Shown here: positions 8,801-17,902 of the stretch, piece by piece
How the letters are laid out: the number at the start of each line of letters is the position of its first letter
Position numbering within the stretch: position 1 is the stretch's first letter
DNA from: an uncultured Staphylococcaceae bacterium
Lineage (GTDB): Bacteria; Bacillota_I; Bacilli_A; RFN20; CAG-826
DNA: 64,000 nucleotides
Assembly (NCBI GenBank): GCA_964410505.1
Contig: CAYPGR010000001.1
Span: 2,320 to 66,319 of the forward strand
Direction of reading: 5' to 3'
Program-made: the position numbers and the translations under genes
Notes under the pieces: model-generated
Databases searched by the model: none
What the model was told of the DNA's origin: nothing
The model's input: only the letters and a program-made list of their open reading frames with translations

Positions 8801-11800
8801 TTATTCAAACTTTTTGAGTCTTAAATAACGTTTTTGAGCCTCTTTTTCACTCTTGGTGAGTAAGAATTCAGCATTTTCTGGATTCACGGTTGGTAATTGT
8901 GAGAAGCGGGTTTCACCCATAACGAATTCACGGAATTGCGTGTAGTCAGGTTCTTTCATATCCCAGACGAGTGGTGATTTACCTTCAGCTTCAAGCCGTG
9001 GATCATAACGGAAGATTGGCCAGTAACCGCTTGCGACAGCTTTCTTTTCAACACTGATGTGGTTACTTAAGCCACCCTTAATACCGTGTTCGGTACATGG
9101 ACTATAGGCAATAATTAGGGATGGACCATTGTAGCTTTCTGCATCGGTAATCGCTTTAATCGTCGCGACTGGATTGGCCCCGAGGGCGACTTGTGCGACG
9201 TAGACATCGCCATAAGCCATGGCCATCATTGCTAAGTTCTTCTTGGCGCCTGTTTTACCACTGGCGGCGAATTTAGCAATTGCACCAGTTTGGGTCGCTT
9301 TACTCGCTTGCCCACCGGTATTGGAGTAGACCTCAGTATCCATGACAAGGACATTGACATTGGCACCACTTGCTAAGACGTGGTCTAAGCCACCAAAGCC
9401 AATATCATAAGCCCAACCATCGCCACCGATAATCCAAACACTCTTATCAAGAATATCGTTTTTATATTTGAGGGCTTCCCGTAATGGCGCGTAACTAGTC
9501 TTCTCTAGTAATTCGATGAGTTTAGGCAAGTAGCTCCGCACTTCTTTACGGTCTGTTGGACGTGCAATGTATTTTTCAAGGATTTCTTTAAGTTCAGGTT
9601 CGACTTTATCAAGGGCGTTTTTGAACATGTCGACGAGGATGCTTAGTTTATAATCATTCGCCATCCTCATGCCAAAGCCGTATTCGGCGTTATCTTCAAA
9701 TAAGCTATTGCCCCATGCAACGCCTTCACCTTGTTTATTCGTCGTAAATGGTGTCCCCGGGACGCTACCGCAGTAGATTGAACTACAACCTGTGGCGTTG
9801 GCGACGAGCATATCTTGACCGAAGAGTTGGGTAATGAGACGGTAGTATGGTGTTTCACCACAACCGGCACACGCACCACTAATTTCCATGTATGGCATTA
9901 AGAAGCCAACACCTTTTGGTGTGCTTAATGGGAATTTATCTGATTTATAAGTGACTTGTTTATATAAATAATCAGCCGCTGGTTCATATTGATATTCGCC
10001 TTTGGCATCCACCATTTCAAGTGCTTTTTTGCCACCTTTACCAGGGCAAGTAACCGCACAGAGTCCGCATCCAACGCAGTTCATTGGCGAGACTTGAATA
10101 CGGAATTTTAAGCCGGCAACAGTTGGACCCATTGCTGGTAAGATATCTTCTTTAACGTTTTCTGGTAAGTGCGCAACTTCGTTTTCATCTAGTAAGAATG
10201 GACGAATGGTCGCGTGTGGACAAACAAGACTACACGTATTACATTGAATACAATTTTCTTTGGTCCAATGTGGCACCATCGAAGCAATTGACCGTTTTTG
10301 TTTAAAGGTGATATCGTTTTTCATCGTGCCATTGAGGAGATCCCATTCCATAAAGGTTGAGACTGGTAAATCATACCCTTCAAGATTGTCAATTGGATTG
10401 ACATACTCATCAAAGTATTTATCCCCAAGTAATTGAACCGTTTTATGTGGTTTTAGTTTTTTCCATTCTGGATCAATCGCCACTTCAACGATGCCGTTAG
10501 CGCCGGCATCAATGGCGGCAAAGTTTTGTTCAACAATTTCGTCACCTTTACGACCATAAGTTTTTTCCGCATATTTTTTCATTAAATCAAGGGCATCAGC
10601 GTAAGGCATGATGTCTTGATTTAAATAGAAGAATGATGATTGAAGGATCGTGTTTGTATGGCGACCCATACCAAGATCTTGGGCGATTTTGTTTGCGTCA
10701 ATCACAAACATTTTGGCGCCTTTTGTTGCTAATCCGTATTTCACGCGGTTTGGAAGCGCATTAATTAATTCTTGACCCGTTAAGGACGTATTAAGGAGGA
10801 AGGTTCCACCTTTTTTAAGATAACGAATCATATCGAATTTGTAGAGATAACTATCTTGTGAAGCGCCGATGAAACTGGCATTTTCCACATAATAGGTTGA
10901 GTGGATTGGTTTTTTGCCAAAACGGAGATAACTACGAGTTGGTCCGCCAGCTTTACGCGAGTCATAAGCAAAATAAGCTTGAGCGTATTGGTTTGTTGCG
11001 TCACCAATAATTTTAATACTTGATTTATTCGCACTAACGGTACCGTCACTGCCTAAACCATAGAATAAGCATTCGGTGTGACCATTATCAATATGATAAT
11101 CTTCATCAAATGGCACACTTAATTTGGTTACGTCATCTTTAATCCCAATGGTAAACGAATGCCATGGTTTATGATCAAGGAAATCAAAGACTCCTTTTAA
11201 GTGTTTTGGTTGCGTATCTTTACTGCTAATCCCATAACGACCACCGACAAGCACCTCGAAGTGACGACCTTCTTGTTTTAAAGCCGTTAAGACATCAACA
11301 TAAAGTGGTTCACCAACCGCACCCATTTCTTTGGTGCGATCAAGGACGGCGATTTTCTTCACACTTGCAGGGATTGCAGCCGCTAAGTGTTTGGCACTAA
11401 ATGGGCGGTAAAGATGGACTTTAACCATCCCTAGTTTTTCACCTTTTGCGTTTAGATCATCAATCACTTCACTTAAGGCTTCGGTGACTGAACCCATTGC
11501 AATAATGACTTTGGTCGCATCTTTAGCCCCATAATAAACGAATGGTGCATAAGTGCGTCCGCTTAATTCACTGGCCTTTTTAAAGTATTTTTCAGCTACT
11601 TCTAAAACATTTTGGTAATGTGTATTTTGTGCTTCCTTACCTTGGAAAGCAATATCATCATTTTCAGCGCCACCACGGGTGACCGCATTTGCGTGAGGAT
11701 TGAGGGCGCGATTTCTAAAAGCGGCTACCTTATCTTCTGGTAGTAACTTTTTCCATTCAGCATCATCAATAATTTCAATATTTTGGATTTCGTGCGAGGT

Positions 11801-12331
11801 TCTGAAACCATCAAAGAAATGAAGCACTGGCGCACTGGCGTCAATGGCCGTTAAGTGGGCGACGTGCGCAAGGTCTGCGACTTCTTGAACACTATGGCTC
11901 ACCATCATCGTCACACCCGTTTGGCGGACCGCGTAAATATCTTGGTGATCACCGAAGATACTTAAACTCCGGGAAGCGATACTCCGTGCACTAACGTGAA
12001 GGACCGCCGGTAAGAGTTCACCGACCCATTTGTAAATATTAGGAAGCATTAAAAGAAGCCCTTGCGAAGCAGTATAGGTAGTGGCTAGAGCACCCGCTTG
12101 TAAAGAACCATGGACCGCACCGGCAGCCCCTGCTTCACTTTGTAATTCGGTTACTTTTACTTTACTGCCAAAGTAGTTTAATTTTCCTTGAGAAGAAAAT
12201 AAATCAACGAGTTCCGCCATTGGGGATGACGGGGTGATGGGATAAATTGCCGCAATGTCGGTGTATAAGTAACTAACACGCGCAGCTGCTGCGTTACCAT
12301 CTAATGAGACAAAAGATTTTTTAAAAGCCAT
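8801..12331 (-). CDS. nifJ: pyruvate:ferredoxin (flavodoxin) oxidoreductase, single-polypeptide NifJ/PFOR type
   Basis: 1176 aa with 4Fe-4S ferredoxin-type cysteine clusters (CIQCNTCSLVCPHA, CVGCGLCAVTCP) and a GGDGW TPP-binding motif in the C-terminal domain. Confidence 0.93.
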   Translation of the reverse strand: MAFKKSFVSLDGNAAAARVSYLYTDIAAIYPITPSSPMAELVDLFSSQGKLNYFGSKVKVTELQSEAGAAGAVHGSLQAGALATTYTASQGLLLMLPNIYKWVGELLPAVLHVSARSIASRSLSIFGDHQDIYAVRQTGVTMMVSHSVQEVADLAHVAHLTAIDASAPVLHFFDGFRTSHEIQNIEIIDDAEWKKLLPEDKVAAFRNRALNPHANAVTRGGAENDDIAFQGKEAQNTHYQNVLEVAEKYFKKASELSGRTYAPFVYYGAKDATKVIIAMGSVTEALSEVIDDLNAKGEKLGMVKVHLYRPFSAKHLAAAIPASVKKIAVLDRTKEMGAVGEPLYVDVLTALKQEGRHFEVLVGGRYGISSKDTQPKHLKGVFDFLDHKPWHSFTIGIKDDVTKLSVPFDEDYHIDNGHTECLFYGLGSDGTVSANKSSIKIIGDATNQYAQAYFAYDSRKAGGPTRSYLRFGKKPIHSTYYVENASFIGASQDSYLYKFDMIRYLKKGGTFLLNTSLTGQELINALPNRVKYGLATKGAKMFVIDANKIAQDLGMGRHTNTILQSSFFYLNQDIMPYADALDLMKKYAEKTYGRKGDEIVEQNFAAIDAGANGIVEVAIDPEWKKLKPHKTVQLLGDKYFDEYVNPIDNLEGYDLPVSTFMEWDLLNGTMKNDITFKQKRSIASMVPHWTKENCIQCNTCSLVCPHATIRPFLLDENEVAHLPENVKEDILPAMGPTVAGLKFRIQVSPMNCVGCGLCAVTCPGKGGKKALEMVDAKGEYQYEPAADYLYKQVTYKSDKFPLSTPKGVGFLMPYMEISGACAGCGETPYYRLITQLFGQDMLVANATGCSSIYCGSVPGTPFTTNKQGEGVAWGNSLFEDNAEYGFGMRMANDYKLSILVDMFKNALDKVEPELKEILEKYIARPTDRKEVRSYLPKLIELLEKTSYAPLREALKYKNDILDKSVWIIGGDGWAYDIGFGGLDHVLASGANVNVLVMDTEVYSNTGGQASKATQTGAIAKFAASGKTGAKKNLAMMAMAYGDVYVAQVALGANPVATIKAITDAESYNGPSLIIAYSPCTEHGIKGGLSNHISVEKKAVASGYWPIFRYDPRLEAEGKSPLVWDMKEPDYTQFREFVMGETRFSQLPTVNPENAEFLLTKSEKEAQKRYLRLKKFE

Positions 12332-12446
12332 AATGACCTCCGTTTTCTTATCGATGCTCTTATTATAAATAATAAGGGGGCCTTTATAAAGCGAAGTTGT
12401 AAAATAAAATGCATATGACTTGAATTGTTTACTAAGTATCTAGTAA

Positions 12447-12473
12447 GAAAAAAACTCCCTTGTTACAGGAAGT
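12447..12473 (-). terminator. rho-independent terminator downstream of tRNA-Lys
   Basis: Minus strand: ACTTCCT-gtaaca-AGGGAGT followed by TTTTTTT. Confidence 0.6.
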
Positions 12474-12488
12474 TTGCGTGTTACTTTT

Positions 12489-12564
12489 TGGTAGACCGTA
12501 CAGGATTCGAACCTGCGACCCGTTGATTAAGAGTCAACTGCTCTACCAGCTGAGCTAACGGTCC
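12489..12564 (-). tRNA. tRNA-Lys, anticodon CUU
   Basis: 76-nt cloverleaf on the minus strand: GGACCGT acceptor, GCTCAGCTGGTAGAGC D-arm, anticodon loop CTCTTAA, GGTTCGAATCC T-arm, CCA encoded. Confidence 0.8.
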
Positions 12565-12577
12565 ATAAAGCCTTTTT

Positions 12578-12605
12578 ATTATACGCTTCTGTATATTTTT
12601 TGCAA
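12578..12605 (-). promoter_or_regulatory. tRNA-Lys promoter (TTGCAA-N16-TATAAT)
   Basis: Near-consensus -35 and -10 hexamers on the minus strand, 13 nt upstream of the mature tRNA 5' end. Confidence 0.65.
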
Positions 12606-12607
12606 CA

Positions 12608-12636
12608 AGAAAAGCCCTGGGTTTCCAGGGCTTTTG
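12608..12636. terminator. rho-independent terminator at the end of the ABC-transporter/lipoprotein operon
   Basis: Perfect 8-bp stem AGCCCTGG-gttt-CCAGGGCT with A- and T-rich flanks. Confidence 0.75.
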
Positions 12637-12655
12637 TAAAGCAAATATTGTCTAA

Positions 12656-13999
12656 CTAGACTGCAACGCGTAAGGAACCTTCGAATTGGTATGGACCAAA
12701 TTGAAGTTCATTATAAACAGTGAGTGGTCCTTCATAGAAGAAGGCATTGTTTTCGTTCGCAACTAGGAAGTTTTTGAAGGCGGTGTGGTTTGCTAATCCC
12801 ATGTGGTAGTTCATGGACATTTGCACTTCAAAGGCAACGTTTTCACTTGTTTTTCCTTCAAGGATAACGTTGTAGTGAGTTTTGCCATCTGGGACGAAAC
12901 CAGCTAAGCCAATATCATTACCTTGACGATCTTTCACGGTTTTGAAGGTGAATGGTTGATCGAAACGAACCATCGCATTATCTTTATCAAAGATTGGGGC
13001 GGTTGGATCGGTATTACCAAGTAATAAGGTTTGGTAGAGATCATCATGGGTGAAGTCATTGAATTCTGGGACTTTCACTTCTGGGAAGGAAGCCTTATCT
13101 AAGACTTTAACTGCTTTGATGAAGGATAGTTGGGCAAGACCATTGAAATTACCGACTTGGCCGACAGCTTCAACTAAATCACCAACTTGGAAAGCGTTTG
13201 TGAAACCACTGGCGTCGAGTTTATAAAGACCAACGCCTGTTTTTCCGTCGGCAATACCAGCGGTATTCCAGTCTGGGAAGACGCCGGTGACATAACCACG
13301 GACTTTTGCGACGGTACCGGCTTTGGTATCACGAATCGCAGGAAGGCTAATGAGATTGATTTTTTCGATGGCACCTAAGTACATATCAATGCTTAAGCGT
13401 TTGGTCCAATCGCCAATGCGAACAGTGGCATAAAGACGGGCTACTTTGGCAGGTGGGACGATATGGATAGGATTACCTTGACCATCAAATTCTGGTTCAT
13501 AGGTTGGGTATCCTGGGGTCGCCATGAGTTTGTTATCTTGGTCTTTTTCAAAGACGAAGGTACCTAAGGTTGTTTCAGGATCGTTTTGGCCGTTGTAGGA
13601 CCAGGTGATGGTATATTCAGGGTATAAATACACTTCATTAACATCATCTTCATAAGTAAGCGTTCCGCCTTCAATTAAGGTGAGCGCGTTGCCATCTTTT
13701 AATTCTGGAACTGGATCAACTGGATCTTGGGCATTACGGTAGATATTAGTCCGAACGATGGTACCGGTATTGCGTTCCACGACGAGTGGGACGGTCTTAG
13801 CAATTAAATCAACGGAAAGGTTGAATTCTGCTTCGGTGAGTGGTGGCACTTCTTCTTCACTTGAACTTTCTGGTTCACTAATCGTGGTGCTTGGTTCAGT
13901 GGTGGAGGTTGCGGTTTCGCTACTTGAAGCGGTTGGTTTACAACCGGCAAGAAGCCCGACAACCAACATTAAGAGGGTTAGTCTAATTGGTTTTTTCAT
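12656..13999 (-). CDS. lipoprotein of unknown function, last gene of the ABC-transporter operon
   Basis: Signal peptide plus lipobox LLAGC, then a Ser/Thr/Glu-rich linker, then a globular region of about 380 aa with no motif I recognise. Starts 18 nt after the substrate-binding protein gene and has a GGAG ribosome-binding site. Confidence 0.6.
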   Translation of the reverse strand: MKKPIRLTLLMLVVGLLAGCKPTASSSETATSTTEPSTTISEPESSSEEEVPPLTEAEFNLSVDLIAKTVPLVVERNTGTIVRTNIYRNAQDPVDPVPELKDGNALTLIEGGTLTYEDDVNEVYLYPEYTITWSYNGQNDPETTLGTFVFEKDQDNKLMATPGYPTYEPEFDGQGNPIHIVPPAKVARLYATVRIGDWTKRLSIDMYLGAIEKINLISLPAIRDTKAGTVAKVRGYVTGVFPDWNTAGIADGKTGVGLYKLDASGFTNAFQVGDLVEAVGQVGNFNGLAQLSFIKAVKVLDKASFPEVKVPEFNDFTHDDLYQTLLLGNTDPTAPIFDKDNAMVRFDQPFTFKTVKDRQGNDIGLAGFVPDGKTHYNVILEGKTSENVAFEVQMSMNYHMGLANHTAFKNFLVANENNAFFYEGPLTVYNELQFGPYQFEGSLRVAV

Positions 14000-14017
14000 A
14001 TGTTCTCCTATTTATTC

Positions 14018-15637
14018 CTATACGAAGTCACTTAATTGAGCGACAACGGCATTAAGTGCCATTTCTGGGGTCTTCGCATCCGCAAAGATTTGACCCATGA
14101 CATATTGAACTTCATCACGAACGCGTGATGAGCCGATAAAGGCGGCATCAACGAACTTAATCCAAGCTTGTTCTGGATTTTGGTAAACGTTTGCTTGAAG
14201 TTTAGCAGTATCTCTAACAGAGATATCAGCTGGCGAACCAGTTGTTTCCGCTAAGAAGTCAGTATAGAGTTTGTAGTCTTGGTAACGTGGATTGTTTTCA
14301 TCAACCGTTAATTTTGATCCGTCGGTCACTGGGAAGTAGGACGTTCCTTTACCAAATTCATGGTTTACTTCATAAGTTAAGTAACGGAGTAATTTCCAAG
14401 CCGCCGCTCTTTCAACTTTGGTTTTAGCGTCCGTTGCTTTACCGCGACGGAAGAGGGCTAAGTTGGTTCCTTGGGAGATGACGTATTTGTTTTCTGGTAA
14501 TTCGGCGTTATAAAGAATGGGGTTTACACTGAGGGTAAACGGATAGTCCGTCACCGCGTTTGGTAAGTTTTCTTTAACACCAGCACTACTACTAATCGTT
14601 AAAACTAAGCGACCATTTTTGAAGGGGTTTGAAGAATAAAGTTCTTCGCCAAAAGTTTGTGGGGTACCCACAAGTTTGGCCTTATAAAGGTTTTGGAAGA
14701 AGGTTAAGCCCGCAAGGGTTTTCGCACGGCTATCACCACGGTGGAATTCAATTGTTCCTTTTTGGAAGGTGGCACCTCTTCTTGTATATTCGGCACCCCA
14801 TTGACGGAGCATCGTAATAAAGAAGTTTGATGTACTATCCCAGCTAAATGGAATAAAGTCATCCGCGGTTAAGACCTTGGACATATCAAAGGCGGTTGTC
14901 GCTTGAAGCGCTTCTAATTGCGTAGGTGTTGGATTTTCTGGTTTGGCGACGGTTGTCCCATCTTTTTGGACAAGTTTTCCAAACCAACCATTAGTTTGGG
15001 CGACGGCTTTCAGTTTTGGACCAACAATCGCGAGATCTTGCCAAGTTTTTGGGAAGAAGATTGTTGGATCTTTTAAGATCGCAACGTCAAAGAAGGATTG
15101 GTTGGCGACCATAATTTCGGTGGATTTATTGAAGGGGATCCCCATCGTTGCACCATCAATTAAGGTTTGGTTTTCAGCCATATAGTCTGGCCAGTATTGA
15201 TCAATATCCACCCCGATGTCTGGATTGGTGTTTCTGATATAATCCGTGCTATCAAGGTTGAGCATGATATTGGAGTTTGCATAATCAGCAAAGTGATCAG
15301 GGTAACCGTTGGCAATATGCGGGAACGCATTATTACTCACCGATTGGCTAATTGCTTGTTTAAGGTTTGGATAACCACCCTTAGATTCATAGACAACATC
15401 AATATCCGGGTTTGCGGCTTCAAAACGGGTAATAAGCGGTTCTAAGACACCGTTAATTGCCGCGCCGAAGCCGGTCCAGAAATCGATCTTTGTTTTTTGG
15501 GCTGGTGGAGTTGAAGTTCCGGAGCCATCAGTAGATGTGGAATCGTTGCTTGATGTCGGTATTGTTGGCCGGCAGCCTGTTAAGGCCGCAAGGACAAGAA
15601 ACGATGCCATCCCAAATATTACTTTTTTAGATTTCAT
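14018..15637 (-). CDS. ABC transporter substrate-binding lipoprotein (solute-binding protein family 1, sugar type)
   Basis: Lipobox LTGC and MalE-like family-1 fold signatures (IDFWTGFG, NGYPDHFADY), 539 aa. Confidence 0.8.
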   Translation of the reverse strand: MKSKKVIFGMASFLVLAALTGCRPTIPTSSNDSTSTDGSGTSTPPAQKTKIDFWTGFGAAINGVLEPLITRFEAANPDIDVVYESKGGYPNLKQAISQSVSNNAFPHIANGYPDHFADYANSNIMLNLDSTDYIRNTNPDIGVDIDQYWPDYMAENQTLIDGATMGIPFNKSTEIMVANQSFFDVAILKDPTIFFPKTWQDLAIVGPKLKAVAQTNGWFGKLVQKDGTTVAKPENPTPTQLEALQATTAFDMSKVLTADDFIPFSWDSTSNFFITMLRQWGAEYTRRGATFQKGTIEFHRGDSRAKTLAGLTFFQNLYKAKLVGTPQTFGEELYSSNPFKNGRLVLTISSSAGVKENLPNAVTDYPFTLSVNPILYNAELPENKYVISQGTNLALFRRGKATDAKTKVERAAAWKLLRYLTYEVNHEFGKGTSYFPVTDGSKLTVDENNPRYQDYKLYTDFLAETTGSPADISVRDTAKLQANVYQNPEQAWIKFVDAAFIGSSRVRDEVQYVMGQIFADAKTPEMALNAVVAQLSDFV

Positions 15638-15687
15638 ATAATATTTCCTTTCTTTCTAATATTATTATATACCGATTAATCTTGTGA

Positions 15688-16758
15688 TTAACCTTTAATA
15701 CCACTACGTGAAACGCCGCTCATGATGTATTTTCTAAACATCATAAAGACGAGTAATAATGGGGCACTAATGACCATTGAGCCAGCAATCTTGACGGTGT
15801 CATAGTTGCTGAAGTCACTTGAGAAGAGACTCATGAGCCCGTTACTAACAAGGCGCATGGAGTGTTCAATTCCCCATGTATCCATTAAGAACTTGTTGTT
15901 CCCGGAGGCAATAAGTGTTGGCCAGATAAAGGCGTTCCAGCTACCCATCACGTTTAAGATAATGATGGTCACGACGGTCGGCATCCCAATGGGGAGCATG
16001 ACACGCCATAAGTAGTGGAATTCTCCGTAGCCATCGACTTTTGCGGCAAGGAAAAGTTCGTTTGGAATTTGTTGGAAGGTTTGTCTTAGATAGAAGATAT
16101 AGAAGACACTTACACCGTGGACGAAGATTAAGGCCGCAAAGGTATTGGTCCATCCAAGGCCAACGGTTGTTTGGTAGTTGGTAATGAGCATCATTTCACC
16201 TGGGACCATCATCGTTGCAAGTAAAACCGCAAACAAGGCGTTTTTAAATTTGAACTCAAGACGGGCAAAGGCAAAGGATGCTAACACGGTCGTGATCACG
16301 GTAAAGAATGTTGAGATTACGGCAACGATGATCGTGTTTAAGAAATAAGGTAAGAAACTGACTGCTTTCGAAGGATTATTAACGAGATTAAGTAAATCAC
16401 CAGGTAATAAGGTCGAAGCATTCGTTATATTGCCCCCAAGAATAATCTTGAAGTTCACAAACGTTGGATTGCTTGTAAATAATTTGAGGCCAGTACTCAC
16501 TTCACGGGCATATTCAAGTGGTGATTTAATCGACACACTGATCATGAACCAGAAGGGTAAAAGCATAAAGAGGGCAAAAAGTGTTAAGAATGTGTATGTA
16601 ATGATTTTGAAAACAAGCGCTCTTGTTTTATATTCTTTTGCATGTTCGTATGATGGTTTAAAGCGATCATCTTTAAGGGGAGCTTCGACTTCGGCTAATT
16701 TAGCGGCTTCTTCAGCAGTCAGTTTGACTTCTTGAAGCTTTTTATCTTTATTTTCCAT
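15688..16758 (-). CDS. carbohydrate ABC transporter permease (MalG-like) with an N-terminal extension
   Basis: Six transmembrane segments and an EAA-like loop; strong similarity to CUT1 permeases (FARLEFKFKNALFAVLLATMMVP). Confidence 0.8.
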   Translation of the reverse strand: MENKDKKLQEVKLTAEEAAKLAEVEAPLKDDRFKPSYEHAKEYKTRALVFKIITYTFLTLFALFMLLPFWFMISVSIKSPLEYAREVSTGLKLFTSNPTFVNFKIILGGNITNASTLLPGDLLNLVNNPSKAVSFLPYFLNTIIVAVISTFFTVITTVLASFAFARLEFKFKNALFAVLLATMMVPGEMMLITNYQTTVGLGWTNTFAALIFVHGVSVFYIFYLRQTFQQIPNELFLAAKVDGYGEFHYLWRVMLPIGMPTVVTIIILNVMGSWNAFIWPTLIASGNNKFLMDTWGIEHSMRLVSNGLMSLFSSDFSNYDTVKIAGSMVISAPLLLVFMMFRKYIMSGVSRSGIKG

Positions 16759-16767
16759 GACCCCTCC

Positions 16768-17859
16768 TTAATAATGCACGCGCTTTTTCGAGACTTGCAT
16801 CTGAACTAGCGTGATGAGTAAGATGATAACTAACAAGACGACGGAACCAGCGGCAGCCACAGGGAGTCGGTCATTACGGAATTTATAGACATAACCAACG
16901 ACCGTGAGCCACATCCGTCCATTTGAACCCCCAAAGTTTTGGTGGTCAATCCCAACGATCGCGATAATGCTTTGGTAAGCTTTAAACGCCCCGATGAAGG
17001 ATGTAATCGTAATATAAAGAATTTGTGGACTTAAAAGAGGGACAGTAATCCGTTTAAAGATCGTACCACGGGTCGCACCATCAATGCGGGCGGCATCATA
17101 GTATTGACGGTCAATACTTGCTAAGCCACTCATAAAGACAAGAATTTTAAAGGCAAGACCGGTCCAGATGGTTTGGACAGTAATCGCAAACCCAAGGCTG
17201 AACTTAGTTAACTTTATGGTGCCATCAACGTCGAACCCAGCATGGATCCAAGACCGTGGCTGGCCACCAAAAGCAATAATCAGTTGGTTCATAATCCCGC
17301 CGGTTTGTGGCGAGAAGAGGGTGTTGAACACCATCCCTAACGCAATCGCGTTCGTCACATAAGGGAGGAAGAAAATAGTTTGATAGGTGGCCCGTAACGG
17401 TTTAATGCTATTTAAGGAAACAGCGAGTAAAAGGGAGATAATAATCGTTAAGGGAACCGAAATCACTGTTAAGATGGTCGTGTTATAAAGGGCATCTAAG
17501 AAGTTACGATCTTTTAACACGTAAATAAAGTTATTGAAGGTTAATAATGGCTTAATTGGTTGGGTAAAGCTATGTCCGGGTTCAATCACGTCGAAGTAAG
17601 CTCTCCACCAATCCCAGTTGGTAGCCATATCAAGTTGACGAAGATAATTACTAATGGCAAAACTTCCCATGCCCGTTTGCCAACTAAAATTTTCGATGAA
17701 TGCGATAATCGTGGTGTTAATAATTGGGTAGATGGTAAATAATGTCAAGAAGATAAGCGCCGGTAATAAAGCAACTAATGCTTTGCTCCAAATGGGAATC
17801 GAAATCGATTTTTTGGTTTCCATTGGTCCCTTATCAAGATAAGTTTGTCCGGTAATCAT
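16768..17859 (-). CDS. carbohydrate ABC transporter permease (MalF-like)
   Basis: Polytopic membrane protein with a conserved EAA region (DAARIDGATRGTIFKRITVPLLSP). Confidence 0.8.
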   Translation of the reverse strand: MITGQTYLDKGPMETKKSISIPIWSKALVALLPALIFLTLFTIYPIINTTIIAFIENFSWQTGMGSFAISNYLRQLDMATNWDWWRAYFDVIEPGHSFTQPIKPLLTFNNFIYVLKDRNFLDALYNTTILTVISVPLTIIISLLLAVSLNSIKPLRATYQTIFFLPYVTNAIALGMVFNTLFSPQTGGIMNQLIIAFGGQPRSWIHAGFDVDGTIKLTKFSLGFAITVQTIWTGLAFKILVFMSGLASIDRQYYDAARIDGATRGTIFKRITVPLLSPQILYITITSFIGAFKAYQSIIAIVGIDHQNFGGSNGRMWLTVVGYVYKFRNDRLPVAAAGSVVLLVIILLITLVQMQVSKKRVHY

Positions 17860-17902
17860 AATGCGCCTCCTTTCTCTAAATGTTTAATTTTCATACTGAT
17901 AC

